Source of the DNA: Harriotta raleighana
Lineage: Eukaryota
Length of the DNA: 64,000 bases
NCBI GenBank assembly: GCA_050575255.1
Contig: JBNZDD010013716.1
Location: 3,883,658-3,947,657 of the forward strand
Direction of reading: 5' to 3'
This document shows positions 24,601-37,209 of this stretch, piece after piece. The translations under genes and the position numbers were made by a program. How positions within the stretch are numbered: the first letter of the stretch is position 1; the number at the start of each line of letters is the position of its first letter. The notes beneath the pieces were generated by a model. It ran no database searches and was not told where the DNA came from. It saw only the letters and a list, made by a program, of their open reading frames with translations.

Positions 24601-25320
24601 TAAAGTCTCACCCTTCCCTGCCTCAGGGTGGGCACAATGGGATTCCAGAGGGCAAGCCACTCTTGTGTTGCCTCTCCCACTGGGCAGTTACAGACCACAT
24701 TGGCGAAGGCTTGTGAGCATTTTGTCTGCCCATTGGGAAGACACAAACCAGTGGATCTTAAACAATTGAGGAAAGAAAATTTAAGAAAAATCTCTCAATT
24801 AAGATTTTTTTTTGACTCCAAACATACTTTTTCTCAAGTTTTATTTGAAGCATTAAAATTCCAGAAAATTCTTTTTGCAGATGGAACATGATGCAAATCA
24901 AAAACAACAAGCTGCAGAGGACATTCAGGGCTCGAAAGGATTAAAGTTCAGAATCTTTAACGGCTTCCTTACTGTTTATTCCCTTTTCCTCAACACTTAC
25001 CCAGAATGATTTCATCAGCCCTTCGAGTACTGAATTCTTTCATACTTATAGCAGTATCTGAACACATGTTCAATCGCTTTACACATATTAGAGTGTTATT
25101 CTGCAACTTTACTGCTCCTTGGATAATTAAATGGGTTTAGAAACCACAACACCACAACGGATTAGTGTACATTTTTCTAATTTGATTTAGTTTATCAATG
25201 TCAAGGTTCATTACCAGCATCCTGAGGAATATTGAAAGCAGTCAAGACCATATTACCTGTGCAGAAATTCAACGGTTATTTACAACTGTGGAGAAACTAT
25301 ACACAGTTAAAATATTACTA

Positions 25321-25488
25321 CAGTAAATGTCTGATAACTCGTCACTCCAAAGAGCCCAGTGATGAGTTATCCGGAGCGAGTTAGACATACGTGTAAATAT
25401 CTGAGTGAATGTGGCTGGGATATTGACAGTATGATTACTTAAGTGGTAGTGACAAGTTAAGCCAGGACGAGTTTTTGGGAGTTTTCTG
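25321..25488. mobile_element. Tigger-type MITE (about 170 bp)
   Basis: TA|cagtaaatgtctgataactcgtc ... gacgagtttttgggagttttctg|TA. Confidence 0.6.
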
Positions 25489-28414
25489 TATTTCTAACCA
25501 GTGTTTGCATTATTGTACAGTCAGTTCTTCATATTAATACCAAGGATTTAAAAAAAATAGTCAATTCTCTTTACAGTATATTCTGTGAAACACTTTGAGA
25601 CACGCTTGAAGATGTGATAAGGCGCTGTCTCAAATGCAAGGATTATTATTATTTAATTGTAAAGTATGGATTAGGTTGGAGACCTAATTTATGATACAGT
25701 ATTTGCATATGTGATTCGAAGTGTTAATTGCGGTTTGTGTTTGCGATTATTGAAAGCTGTCTAATTTACAGCATTTCCAAAATGTCTCGATTTCTAATCA
25801 CTATTTCTGTAAAACAACAACAAAAACAGCAAGCAAAGAGAGCAAGACTAGAGCAATTGCTTATTTCACCCTCTATAAACACTTTGGAAGCCTTTGGAAA
25901 TTGCTACCAGCTATTTTGCAAATAGCTGTATTTTTTTTGTATGAAATTGGGAAGATTTTCCTTTGTTGCTCTCTCCCCTTCCATCTTCTGTTGATTTGCT
26001 TCCATATGTACCATTGTAGGTAGTTGATTGAGCAAATGGGTAGCAGATGAGACTTCAGTGTTCATGGTAGATTGCAATTCAATGCACGGCTTGATTGCCA
26101 CAGGTGTGAAAGATAAAAGGCAGCGTTCGTAGACACTTCATCTGCTGTTCAGTATCTCTGGCAGCCTGGAGAAGTCGATCCTTTATGCCTGGTTGTTCTG
26201 AGATCTTTTGCTGCTGTGCTTGCACCTTGAGCTGGTGTGAAATATGAATGACTGCACACTGTCCAATTAAAAGGAACGTTTAAAAAGACGTTTTTCCTCT
26301 GCTGCTTTCGTCCCTTTTGAATCTTGAGGGACCTGCCTAAAAGCAACACTAATTCCCCTCAGGTGCCACGAACAAAGCCCTCTTGGCAAAGATGTGCTTC
26401 AAAAGTGAAGAGTTTATTTTGGAATGACTCCAATGTACTTTTCACACCCAAAAGTATCTATAAGACTGATATGATTGTGGAAGAAACCTGAGAGAAAGTT
26501 GGAAACACTCAGTCCAAAATGGTGTTAAAGCTGTGTTTCTCACTTGTGCTTGAAGCCCTTAAATTGTACGGTGTATAATATTAATAACTTAGTGGAGTTC
26601 TATAGCCCAATGATTAATAATAAGAATCCTTGCATTTGATATAGCGGCAGCCAATTGCGCACATCGGTGTCCCACAAACAATTGTGGATTATATATAGCA
26701 TTGCATAGGGAAAATTTAAGGTATTGCTGTATGCAAATTGGATGTTGGGTTCATGTACAATAGCCACATTACAGTAAATCCTGTGAATCATTTCGAGACA
26801 TCCTTCTGTCATGAATGGGGCTATATCAAACACGTAGATTATTTATTTGTAAACTAATAACCTCCCATTCAATATTGCTTCGCTTTTCCATCATGTCGAA
26901 TGCAAAAAAAAAAGGAAATTATAAATCAACCAACCATGTATGTACAACATAGTTATTCTTATCTCCAATGATATAGGAATGTCAGATGAATATTAACTGA
27001 ATATATGGAAGGTTGATATTGGAGTAGGAACATGAAATTCAGACATAATACATGGATGTTCATTAGCAAAGGTGAAAAAGAAAGTAATTTCCATGCAATT
27101 GATGACCATTCAAGGACAGATGATAAGAAGGCTTCTCCAGGCTCTACTCTGCCTTTGACCTCTGCTGTTCAGAATCTGGTCTTCTTTTTCCCATCTACTG
27201 CTCGTTCTTCACTCTCTCATCTTACCATCGATGATTGACTTCTAGGCACATTTACCCTGCTTTCTTGAACTCTCTCCCCAAATCCCTTACAACATATGTT
27301 CATGCCTTCAAACCCCTCTTAAATATGTATTGATTGACCATTCCTTCCGGTAGTATTTTCCTTTCTGCCTGCTTATGATCCACATTCTCAATGGGAAGCA
27401 TTTTGAAGTATTCATCCTGTGAAAGGTGATATATAATGTACCATTAATCAAGTGCAAGGATACAGCCGAGGAAGTTTGACTATAGGTCAATGCATGTTAT
27501 TGCAACCTTGTGCAGATCAATGGTTAGGCTATATTTGGAATACAATTACAACAACAACTTCGATTTATATGGCTCCCTCTACGCCGGACAGTGTCTCAGA
27601 GCACTTAGTTAGACCTCGCTTAATGTCATAGTTGTGTTCTTGAAAAGTATGACTTTTTCAGCAGCTGATGGAAAAGTATGAATTTTCAGCAGCTGATGGT
27701 TGAGACTTTGTTTCTTTGGAGAGGGTTTAAAGAGTAGTAAGAATGATTCCAGGATCTTGACCTTTGGATTATAGGGTGGTTCACAGAACTTTTTTGGTTT
27801 AAGGAAAGAACCCGGACACAAAGCAAAGAGTTATAGATAATGCAGCTGGGAGTACATCACTTAAATTTATCATTGATCTAGAGCACACAAGTTTACATGT
27901 AGTTGAAGGGAATAGAGGCTTCAGGTGAGATGAAAGATTGAATACCTGCCCACCCCGCAACCCACTGCAGTTGGCTCAACAGTGGCAAGTCAAGTTGAAT
28001 ATATTGCACGTAGGAAGCCAAATAGGAAGCACATGTTCTCCTTGGATGACAGGAATAGTTGAAAGACCTGTGGGTTTCAGTTGACTCATTGCTCCCTATT
28101 TCCCAACAGTCTGAGGCAACAATAGATAAAGTGTTTCTTCATGCAGGGAGCATTTCTTTAAAAAGTGAATAAACAACAGCTGAAATAGGTTATTCAAAAG
28201 AACAGTTGATGGACTCATTTAAGAGACAGCCAGATGCTGGAATGCTGAAACAATAGGGTTGGTATTCTGGAATAATGAGATCAAATGGCTCAAAGGGCTT
28301 TCTTGATATGAAATGTTTCTTATGGTCATTGAAATAACATTTTCAATGGCACATCATGTAATTAAAGATTCAAAAGTTCAAAATACTTCGGTGGAACATG
28401 AAAACCTCTATTCT

Positions 28415-28925
28415 AATTGGTCATTTCAATCCACGACTGTTTGTCAGTGTGTCAGTTCACTTTACAGGGTATTTTGTGAAGCGCTTTGAGACGCATCAAC
28501 GATGTCCTCAGGCACTATAGGAAAAAATAATAATAATCCTTGCATTTGATATAGCACTTTTCATGTCTTCTAGGCATATCAAAGTGCTTCACAGAATATA
28601 CTATAAAGTGAATTGACTATTTTATGGGCAAAATGGGACAGCCAATTGTGCACAGCAGTGTCCCGTGGATTAAAATGACCAATTTATTATTGTTTTTTTG
28701 AGGGAATATTGTCAGGTGTGTGTAGTATAGAAACTTGCCCAAGATTTTGCCCTGCCTGGAATTGAACCTACATCTCTCGCTTGTAAGGCGAGTACTCTAA
28801 TCACTGAGCAACAGGACAACAACAAACAACAACAAAATTACACTTGTATAGCGCCCTTCATATCGGGAGGACATCCCAAAGCGCTGAACGTCCCAAAGGA
28901 CTCCATTAATGCAAGGATTATTATT
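28415..28925. mobile_element. Nest: + SINE tail split by a - SINE (28527-28905) whose head is split by an L2 tail (28818-28890)
   Basis: ggcactata | minus SINE ...acagga | caacaac...cccaaa | ggactcca | aatgcaaggattatt. Confidence 0.75.
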
Positions 28926-30569
28926 GTGCTATATTTTTGGACAGCGTGAAATAGTTAAACCTCATCCTGTAGCTCTTATTCTTGCAAAAAAACTGTACTT
29001 CGGTTAAATCTCATGGTTTTGCTGATGTCTGTATTCAAAATTAATGCAGATTTACCGACCTCCTGCTGCTTTATGTTTGACGTGGAGTTGTGGCCAAATC
29101 TCCTCTGTTACAACCAACAAACTCTTCCCTCGTTGTAACTGCTCTATCTTTTTCCCACCGCTGTGCACCATGGGTCCTCTGCTCTGTTCCTAATCTGTTT
29201 GTGTATATGAACATGCACAGCTGTGAATCTTTTCCACAGCGGGTATGAAGTTTATCCGAGGCAATGCTGAATCTGCCCTTGTGGATTTGATAATAATAAT
29301 CCTTACATTTGATGTACACCCCCCAGAGCCTGTGAATAACTATGGCAACTGCTTGACACATTTTAACCTGGGTATAATCTGCAATGGAGGTAATGCAGTG
29401 TGTTTAAAATGAGAATTTGGCTAGTATGCGAGAAAGATTTAAGTCTGGAGCAAATAATTCATGTAATACAATCAAACCTGTTTTCAGCAATTGCTCGGAG
29501 ATTGGATCAAAGTGGGCTTTATACAAAGTGTGGCCTCTGAATGTGGTTTGTTGGTTCGTTGACTGTGTCCAAAATGTTTCAAAAAGAATTCCTCGCCCAT
29601 TCACAAACACTGCCTCACAGGTGAGGTGGGAAGTTTTGCTCATCATGTAAGCACTCCGAGATGCTGTCTGTCTGACATGAAAGGTGCTATATAAATGCAA
29701 TTTGTTGTTGTTGTCTTGCTCAGCAATGTGCGTGGAGTGTAGCAGTCTACACGTGGGCTTGTGGAAATTGGTAATTCATTAGCTGTCGATACATGTAAGT
29801 AAATTCACTTAAGGTCACTTGCCACTGAAAAGAGTATCTATGGATGGGTGGTGCTAAAGTTGCCTTAGCTAGGTGATTGCTGAATCAAGGTGTTTTATTA
29901 CGAAGATCGGTCAGGCATATTCCAGGATGGTTGTTGAGAACAGATGGTTGCCATACGGAGGCGGGTTGCTTTAACAAGTTCTAAGCGAGGACTCCAAAGT
30001 CATTAGAAATTGGGATTATGGAATTGTCTCAAGTTCACGATACAATAAGAACACGACTGATCTTAATTACTGTGTGATAAACACTCTGCAATATTGACTT
30101 CCTTGCTCACATTGCCAAAAAGTGGTGGCAGCCCCGCCAAAAATTATTCTGTTCATTATTATACTGTAGTTCATTTTAGGTCAGGTTACTCTTTACAATC
30201 TGGATCTCTGAAATTCATGGCTTTAAAATTTATCCAAAGAAGATCTTAACATAATTATGATGTTGTTCTTTGGAAAGCAGACTGCAATCCACTGCGTAAA
30301 TCAAAGCCGCTTGTAAATAACCAGAATTGAAGCTACTTCTATGTGTTTAAACTTTCTCCTGAGAACGTACTTGAAATAATTTTTTGATCCCAGGCTATGA
30401 TGATGTGATACTTGAACCTGATCATGTTGCCATTAATTTAACAAACTGCTTAAGTAATGCTACACCATTAGGAATCTTGTTTCTGGGTGACAAACATGTG
30501 GGTTGAAATCCTACAATTATGGTCTAGGATGACACTCCAGTACATTACTGGGGAGTTATCTTATGTTAA

Positions 30570-30830
30570 TACAACGCAAAATACAAAATTACATTTGTAT
30601 AGAGTCATTCACATTGGGTGGTTGAGATCAAGGAAGGTGGAGGGCAGGGAGGGTAGCACAGTGGGCTGAACGCACTGTCAATGAAGAAGGTTTTGAGATG
30701 TGCCTTGAAGGTGGTAAGGAAAGGAGCAAGGTGAGGGAGGGAAGGAGGGAGGGATGGGTGAGAGCATAGAATGATGGCCCGACCCCCTTGTCCACTCCCT
30801 GCTGAGTGGAGGGAGTGGACAGGTTGACAA
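30570..30830 (-). mobile_element. L2 3' fragment
   Basis: aaaattacatttgtatagag...ttttgagatgtgccttgaag. Confidence 0.6.
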
Positions 30831-31166
30831 GAGGTTAGCAGTTATATTGTTGTACAGTACTATCTTTTAGTGTCAGCAGGTCATCTCATAGCACCTTCTC
30901 AGGATTTACAGTACTTTTGAAATAATGACTGTCCAGCGCCTTGGGACGTCCACCTGATGTGAAAGGCGATTTACAAGTGTAATTTTGCATTTGTTGTTGT
31001 TAATTTATAATTCTATAAAATGAGATGGTAAACTGAGCTCTTGTCTGTCAGGTTGATGTGCAAGAACCTATTTGAAAGAGAAACAATTTTGTTTCTTGCA
31101 GGTGTCCTGGCCAACAAAACCTCCAGTAAAAAATTGGTCATTCATCTCCTGACTGTGTGGGAGAAA

Positions 31167-32107
31167 TTCATAGATTCATACAGAACAGCTCAGAACAAAG
31201 CCATTCGGCTCATTGTGTCTGTGCCAGCTCTTTGAAAAGAGCTGTCCAAATCAATCCCACCCCCACCACCCACTTCTTTCCCTGCATCCCTGAAACTTGT
31301 CCTCCCCAAACAACAACATTTGTAGAGCGCCTTTCACATCGGGAGGACGTCCCAAGGTGCTGAGCAGTCAGGGGTCAGGACCTGAGCATGTTGGAGAGTG
31401 GTGGGTGAGAATGGCAGGGTTGGGATGAGGGAGGGCAGAGAGGTAGGACGGCGACTAAAGGCACGGTCGAAGAGAGAGGACTTGAGACTGCACTTGAAGG
31501 AGGCAATGGAATAAAGCAAGGTGAAGGTTCTACCTCCGACACAATTACCAGCGGAAATAGTTTTTCCTTATTCACCCTATCGAATCCCCTGATAATTTTG
31601 AAAACTTCTATTAAGTCTCTTAATTTTCTCTGCTTGAAGGAGAATAATCCTAGCTTCTGTAGCCTTTCCTGATAACTGAAGTCCCTCATTCCTCGTACCA
31701 TCCTGTATAATTGGGACGTCCTGCCGATGTGAAAGGCGCTCTATAAATGTAATTTTGTTGTTGTTGTTTTTGTAAATCTCCTTTGTACCCTCTCCAATGC
31801 CTTGATATCCTTCCTAAAGTGTGGTGCCCCGAACTGAACACTGTACTTCAGCTGAGGCCTAACCATTGTTTTATAAAAGTTCATCATAACTTCCCGAGTT
31901 TTGTATTCTATGCCCCTATTGTCCTATTTATAAAGCATAATATCCCGTTTTCTTTTTTTTTAACATCTTTATCTACCTGTCCTGCCACCTTCAAAGGTTC
32001 CTTTCTATGAATCCCCAGGTCTCTCTGTTCCCTCTCCCCATTTAATATTCTATAATCTATTTTATACTACCTCCTCATTGTTCTTTCCAAAATGCATCAC
32101 TTCGCAT
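31167..32107 (-). mobile_element. CR1 3' portion with nested L2 pieces (- 31307-31520, + 31712-31768)
   Basis: MVRGMRDFSYQERLQKLGLFSFKQRKLRDLIEVFKIIRGFDRV on the minus strand, LKYSVQFGAPH motif, tail at 31167. Confidence 0.85.
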
Positions 32108-33160
32108 TTAGATTCATAGATTCATAGAAGTTTACGGCACAAAAGGAGGCCATTCGGCCCATCTNNNNNNNNNNNNNNNNNNNNNNNNNNNNNNNNNNNN
32201 NNNNNNNNNNNNNNNNNNNNNNNNNNNNNNNNNNNNNNNNNNNNNNNNNNNNNNNNNNNNNNNNNNNNNNNNNNNNNNNNNNNNNNNNNNNNNNNNNNNN
32301 NNNNNNNNNNNNNNNNNNNNNNNNNNNNNNNNNNNNNNNNNNNNNNNNNNNNNNNNNNNNNNNNNNNNNNNNNNNNNNNNNNNNNNNNNNNNNNNNNNNN
32401 NNNNNNNNNNNNNNNNNNNNNNNNNNNNNNNNNNNNNNNNNNNNNNNNNNNNNNNNNNNNNNNNNNNNNNNNNNNNNNNNNNNNNNNNNNNNNNNNNNNN
32501 NNNNNNNNNNNNNNNNNNNNNNNNNNNNNNNNNNNNNNNNNNNNNNNNNNNNNNNNNNNNNNNNNNNNNNNNNNNNNNNNNNNNNNNNNNNNNNNNNNNN
32601 NNNNNNNNNNNNNNNNNNNNNNNNNNNNNNNNNNNNNNNNNNNNNNNNNNNNNNNNNNNNNNNNNNNNNNNNNNNNNNNNNNNNNNNNNNNNNNNNNNNN
32701 NNNNNNNNNNNNNNNNNNNNNNNNNNNNNNNNNNNNNNNNNNNNNNNNNNNNNNNNNNNNNNNNNNNNNNNNNNNNNNNNNNNNNNNNNNNNNNNNNNNN
32801 NNNNNNNNNNNNNNNNNNNNNNNNNNNNNNNNNNNNNNNNNNNNNNNNNNNNNNNNNNNNNNAACCGAAGTTAGACTGACTGGTCTGTAGTTACCAGGCT
32901 TGTCCTTCTGCCCCTTTTTATACAAGGGAGTAATATTAGCCACCCTCCAGTCCGCTGGCACGACCCCTGTGTCCAAGGAAGATTGAAAGATCGTGGCCAG
33001 AGTCTCTGCTATTTGCTCCCGTGCCTCCCTTAGTAACCTAGGGTGCATCCCATCCGGACCGGGTGACTTATCCACCTTGAGCGACGTCAACCTTTTTAGA
33101 ACTTCCTCTCTGGTGATAAATATTCTATCCATTTCTCCTACCCTCTCCTCCAATACTATG
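32108..33160 (-). mobile_element. Young CR1 LINE spanning the gap (RT N-terminal region plus 3' tail)
   Basis: Stop-free LKVDKSPGPDGMHPRLLREAREQIAETL...DWRVANITPLYKKGQKDKPGNYRPVSLTSV, and an (agattcat)n tail on the other side of the gap. Confidence 0.92.
32165..32862. other. Assembly gap (698 N)
   Basis: Run of n. Confidence 1.
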
Positions 33161-33212
33161 GCATGTTAAACTTCAATTGGCTGACCCTTTCATCTGTAGA
33201 TGATGTTGATGC

Positions 33213-33400
33213 TAATAATAATAATCCTAGCATTTGATATAGAGTTTTTCATGTCTTCTGGATGTCTCAAAGTGAATCACAGAAAATACCATAAAATGAA
33301 TTGGCTGTATATTTGTGGGTGAAACATAGCAGCCAATTGCGCACAGCGTTGTCCCACAAGCAGTCGTGGATTTGAGTGAACAAATTCTTATTGTTTTTTT
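33213..33400 (-). mobile_element. SINE 3' half
   Basis: Family tail and gcagccaattgcgcacagc. Confidence 0.8.
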
Positions 33401-33440
33401 GAGGACTTCTTTTTAAGGTATTAAACAGTCAGAACAAATA

Positions 33441-34136
33441 CAGTAAAATTCTGATAATCCGGCACATTCAGGACCTAGGCGGTACCGGATTAGCAAATAT
33501 GATGGATTATTGGACGTTACTTTTAGGGATGGGAGGATTTGAGTGTGCTGTGCTCTTACCTATGTTACATACCCATATAGCGAAAACCAGTGCTCTCCCC
33601 CGCCTGGCGGAGCAGATGGTCTGCCAAAAGAGGCATTGCACCCACTGAAAGTTAATTTTAAAAATTATTATTAAAACAAAAGAATAAAAAATAAATGAGG
33701 ATAAAACAATAAAATGTTACTTATTAAAGTACGCATGCGCACTTATTAAATGTGACGTCAGTGATGGGCTCCGTAGGAAAATGCACCGGGTAGTGTGAAG
33801 GCTCTCTGGGAAGAGATTTGCATAGAGATGCGCATATTGGAAAAAGACGGACCGTCGCAGATGCCGGNAAAAATAATAAAAAATTATTATTAAAACAAAA
33901 GAATAAAAAATAAATGAGGATAAAACAATAAAATGTTACTTATTAAAGTACGCATGCGCACTTATTAAATGTGACGTCAGTGATGGGCTCCGTAGGAAAA
34001 TGCACCGGGTAGTGTGAAGGCTCTCTGGGAAGAGATTTGCATAGAGATGCGCATATTGGAAAAAGACGGACCGTCGCAGATGCCGGATTATAAAGCATTC
34101 CGGATTAACAGGTGCCGGATTAAAGAAATTTTACTG
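33441..34136. mobile_element. Tigger-type MITE (contains an artefactual ~210-bp duplication at n33868)
   Basis: TA|cagtaaaattctgataatccggcac ... gtgccggattaaagaaattttactg|TA. Confidence 0.85.
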
Positions 34137-34699
34137 TAATAGTAATTGGTCTGAAGTGCTTTGAAATGTTTCAGTGGTAATAACACATTACATCAAATGC
34201 AAGGAAGATATGATATAACTCATTATTGCTGGTTTGAAAATATTAACTTTCTAAACTCATGTATGAATCCCTGTTGAATGTGATGTAAATGATCTATTGG
34301 GCTAACCTTATGACTTATACCTGGGTTAAAATGAGTGTCAGAAGGGCAACAGTAATTACACACCGGCAGTCTTCATAACATTCTATTCAGACAACAGTTA
34401 AATATTAACCAAAGTAGCTAAAAAGATGAGTTTAATGATGCACCATATTCCTTTGCTCTTTGGTTCCACAGCAGCATAAACAGCGTGAGTGATTAAGATT
34501 AAAAAATGATTCTTCTGAGGATGCATTTTGTTTAAAAAATAACCATTTAAGATCAACTAGAAAATGCATAGATTTACTTCACCATTCCACACGCATGTAC
34601 ACGTACACAATTAATTGAAATGATTTGCATTAATTTGACACAAGATACTATTTTCTTTAAGTGTGTGCTGTTACCTGATGGCAGTGATTTCCAAACTGT

Positions 34700-36200
34700 G
34701 GGACGACTGTGTTGGGGCTGCTTCCTGCTTTGGAACAATTTATCAATTTCGCTTCTACCCCTCCATAAAATTCATATGGACCATCTCCGACTTTTCTCTT
34801 CCCTTCCCTTCCTTGATTCCACCATTTGCATCTCGGGCCATGGATTATCAACAGATATACAAGTCCACTAACTCCCACAGCTGTTTGGAGTACACCTCCT
34901 CCCACCCCACCTTCTGCAAAGATGCCATTCCCTTTTTCCAGTTCCTCCACCTCTGCTGCATCTGTTCTGATGATGCCACCTTTCACACCAGAGCATCCCA
35001 AATGTCCTCCTTTTTCCTCGATCGAGGGTTCCCTGTGCTGTGGTAGACGGTGCCCTAGACCGTTTCCCATTTCCCTAATTTCTGCCCTTACCCCTTTCCC
35101 CTTTTCCCAGAACCTTATTAGGGTCCCCTAGTCCTCACTTTCTACCCCACTAGCCTTAATATCCAAAGGATCATTCTCTGCCATTTCTATCACCTCCAGC
35201 GTGACCCCACCACAAAGCATATACTCCTCTCCCCTCTCAGCTTTCTAAAGGGACCATTCCCTCTGGGACTCTCTGGTTCATTCCTCCATCAAAACCAGCT
35301 GTCACTTCCCTTCCCCCGACACCTTCCCATGCCAGCGAAAGTGTTGTAATACCTTCCCTTTCACTTCTTGCCAGACCACTGTCCGAGACCCCAAGCACAG
35401 TTTTTATGTGAAACAGCGTTTTCCATGTGCTACCACCAATGTAGTATATTGCATCTGCTGCTCACGATGCTGTCTCCTTTACATTGGGGAGACCAAATGC
35501 AGATTGGGTGATCGATTTGCCGAACACCTCCGTTCTGTCAAGAAATGTTGTTGTTGTTGAAATATAACTGGTGTCTTATTGGTGTCATGCCATTTTAACT
35601 CTTCATGCACACTCATAGTCTGACCTCTCCATCCACGGTCTCCTCGGCTGTTCCAACGGACCTCAGCGTAAGCTCGAGGAACAGTACCTTATCGATCTGC
35701 TCGGGACCTTACAGTCCTCTGGCCTTAATATTGATTTCAACAATTTCAGGCCATAACAGCTCACCGTCCCTACTGTTCTGCGACCATCTGATCTGCCTGT
35801 TCTTTGGCAATCTCAGCCCCTCTTTGTTTGTTTTAACATTATTAACATTTTAATGGGATCCGCTCTGCGATGCCGTCTGACGTGGAGGGCACTATATAAA
35901 TCAAAATTGTTGTTATTAACACCTGTTCTGTACAATTTTGTTGTACATTAACATTTCTTTAACCCATCATCTCCTGCCCTCTACCCCATTTTCCCTTGTC
36001 TCTTCCTTGCCTTACCTCTCCCCCTTTGTTAATCCTTAAAAGCCTCTCCCTCCCAACATGCCCCAGTTCTGACAAAGGGTTGTGGGCCCGGAACGTTGAA
36101 TCAATTTTCCTTTCTTCATAGAAAGCCTGATCTGCTGAGTTTTCCCAGCAACTTCTGTTTTTGTTTCAGATGTCCAGCATCTGCAGTATTTTGAGTTTTG
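34700..36200 (+). mobile_element. Decayed Penelope-like element (RT C-terminus, GIY-YIG endonuclease, 3' hammerhead region)
   Basis: DDCVGAASC...IKFIWTISD..LPFLD...HSCLEYTSSHPTFCKDAIPFFQFL (PLE RT thumb). 35405-35540 reads YVKQRFPCATTNVVYCICCSRCCLLYIGETKCRLGDRFAEHLRSV (GIY-YIG). Frameshifted. Confidence 0.9.
36060..36100 (+). ncRNA. Degenerate minimal hammerhead ribozyme motif of the Penelope-like element
   Basis: CTGACAA-AGGG(ttgtggg)CCC-GGAA-CGTT versus consensus CUGANGA-stemII-GAAA, with two core substitutions. Confidence 0.55.
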
Positions 36201-36339
36201 GTTGGTCAATCGGCTCCACTCCTGCCCACGGACCTGCCTACCTGGCAGGCAGCGGTGGAGCCCCAGGCAGGTACCCGAGTATGCGTAGCTGAGGCGGAGC
36301 CGTGGAACGGAGTGTGTGGAACCGAGTGTGAAGGAGGGG

Positions 36340-36452
36340 TCTTTTCTACCCCTTTCCCTGGCTCGGTCCCAGGATCCACTATTGTGAAGCGCTTTGAGAC
36401 ACTGTCCAGTGTGGAGGGCGCTATATAAATCAAAGTTGTTGTTGTTGTTGAT
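36340..36452 (+). mobile_element. L2 3' tail fragment
   Basis: ccctggctcggtcccaggatccactattgtgaagcgctttgagacactgtccagtgtggagggcgctatataaatcaaag(TTG)n. Confidence 0.85.
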
Positions 36453-36793
36453 GATGCGCAATGTACATATTGATGAGTTAGGGAGAGCGCAGCTATTCAA
36501 AGTTTGGAAGCCACTGCTTTATGGCATATTTCATTGTTATGGAATTAAATCCTTTCATTGCAAGGATTATTAGTATTATTAATATTGTAAACCCTTACCT
36601 ACTTTCTGAGAACCCAATGTAGATTCATTTGTTTCCTGGCTATTTGTGGGACATTGCAAAAATTGGCTGTCACATTTGCCCACAAAATTTCCTGTCGCAA
36701 CACTTAACAATACAAAAAATGCAATTAATATAGTGTATTTCACGTCCTCCAGACTTCTCAGTTGCCCTCTATCTTGAGATGCTATACCAAATA

Positions 36794-37209
36794 CAGTAAA
36801 AGTTCCTTAATCTGGCACCTGATAATCTGGAAAGCTTTATAGTCCGGCACCTGCAACGGTCCGTTTTTTTGCAATCTGCGCATCTCTATGCTAATCTCTT
36901 CCCAGAGATCCTTCACACTGTCCGGTGCATTTTCCTCAGGGTCCCGTCACTGAAGTCACGTTCAATCAGTGCGCATGCGTGCAATTTTTAAAAACAAAAT
37001 TAACGTTCGGCGGGTGTGATGCCTCTGTAGGCGACCCGCCTGCTCCTCCAGAATGGGGAGAGCTCTGGGTTTCGCTTTACAGGTATGTAACATAGATAAG
37101 AGCACAATACATTCAAATCCTCCCATCCCTAAAAGGAACGTCCAATAATCCGGCATATCTGCTAATCCTGCCTAGGTCCCGACTATGTTGGATTATTGGA
37201 TTTTTACTT
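36794..37209. mobile_element. Second copy of the 33441 MITE, inverted, inserted in a SINE tail
   Basis: Reverse-complement match (tgcgcatctctatgc, ctcttcccagaga, aatcctcccatccctaaaag) and cagtaaaa TIR. Confidence 0.85.

Noticed and set aside
32122-33153. 343-aa ORF
   Set aside because: Mostly X from the N gap. The real part is CR1 reverse transcriptase.
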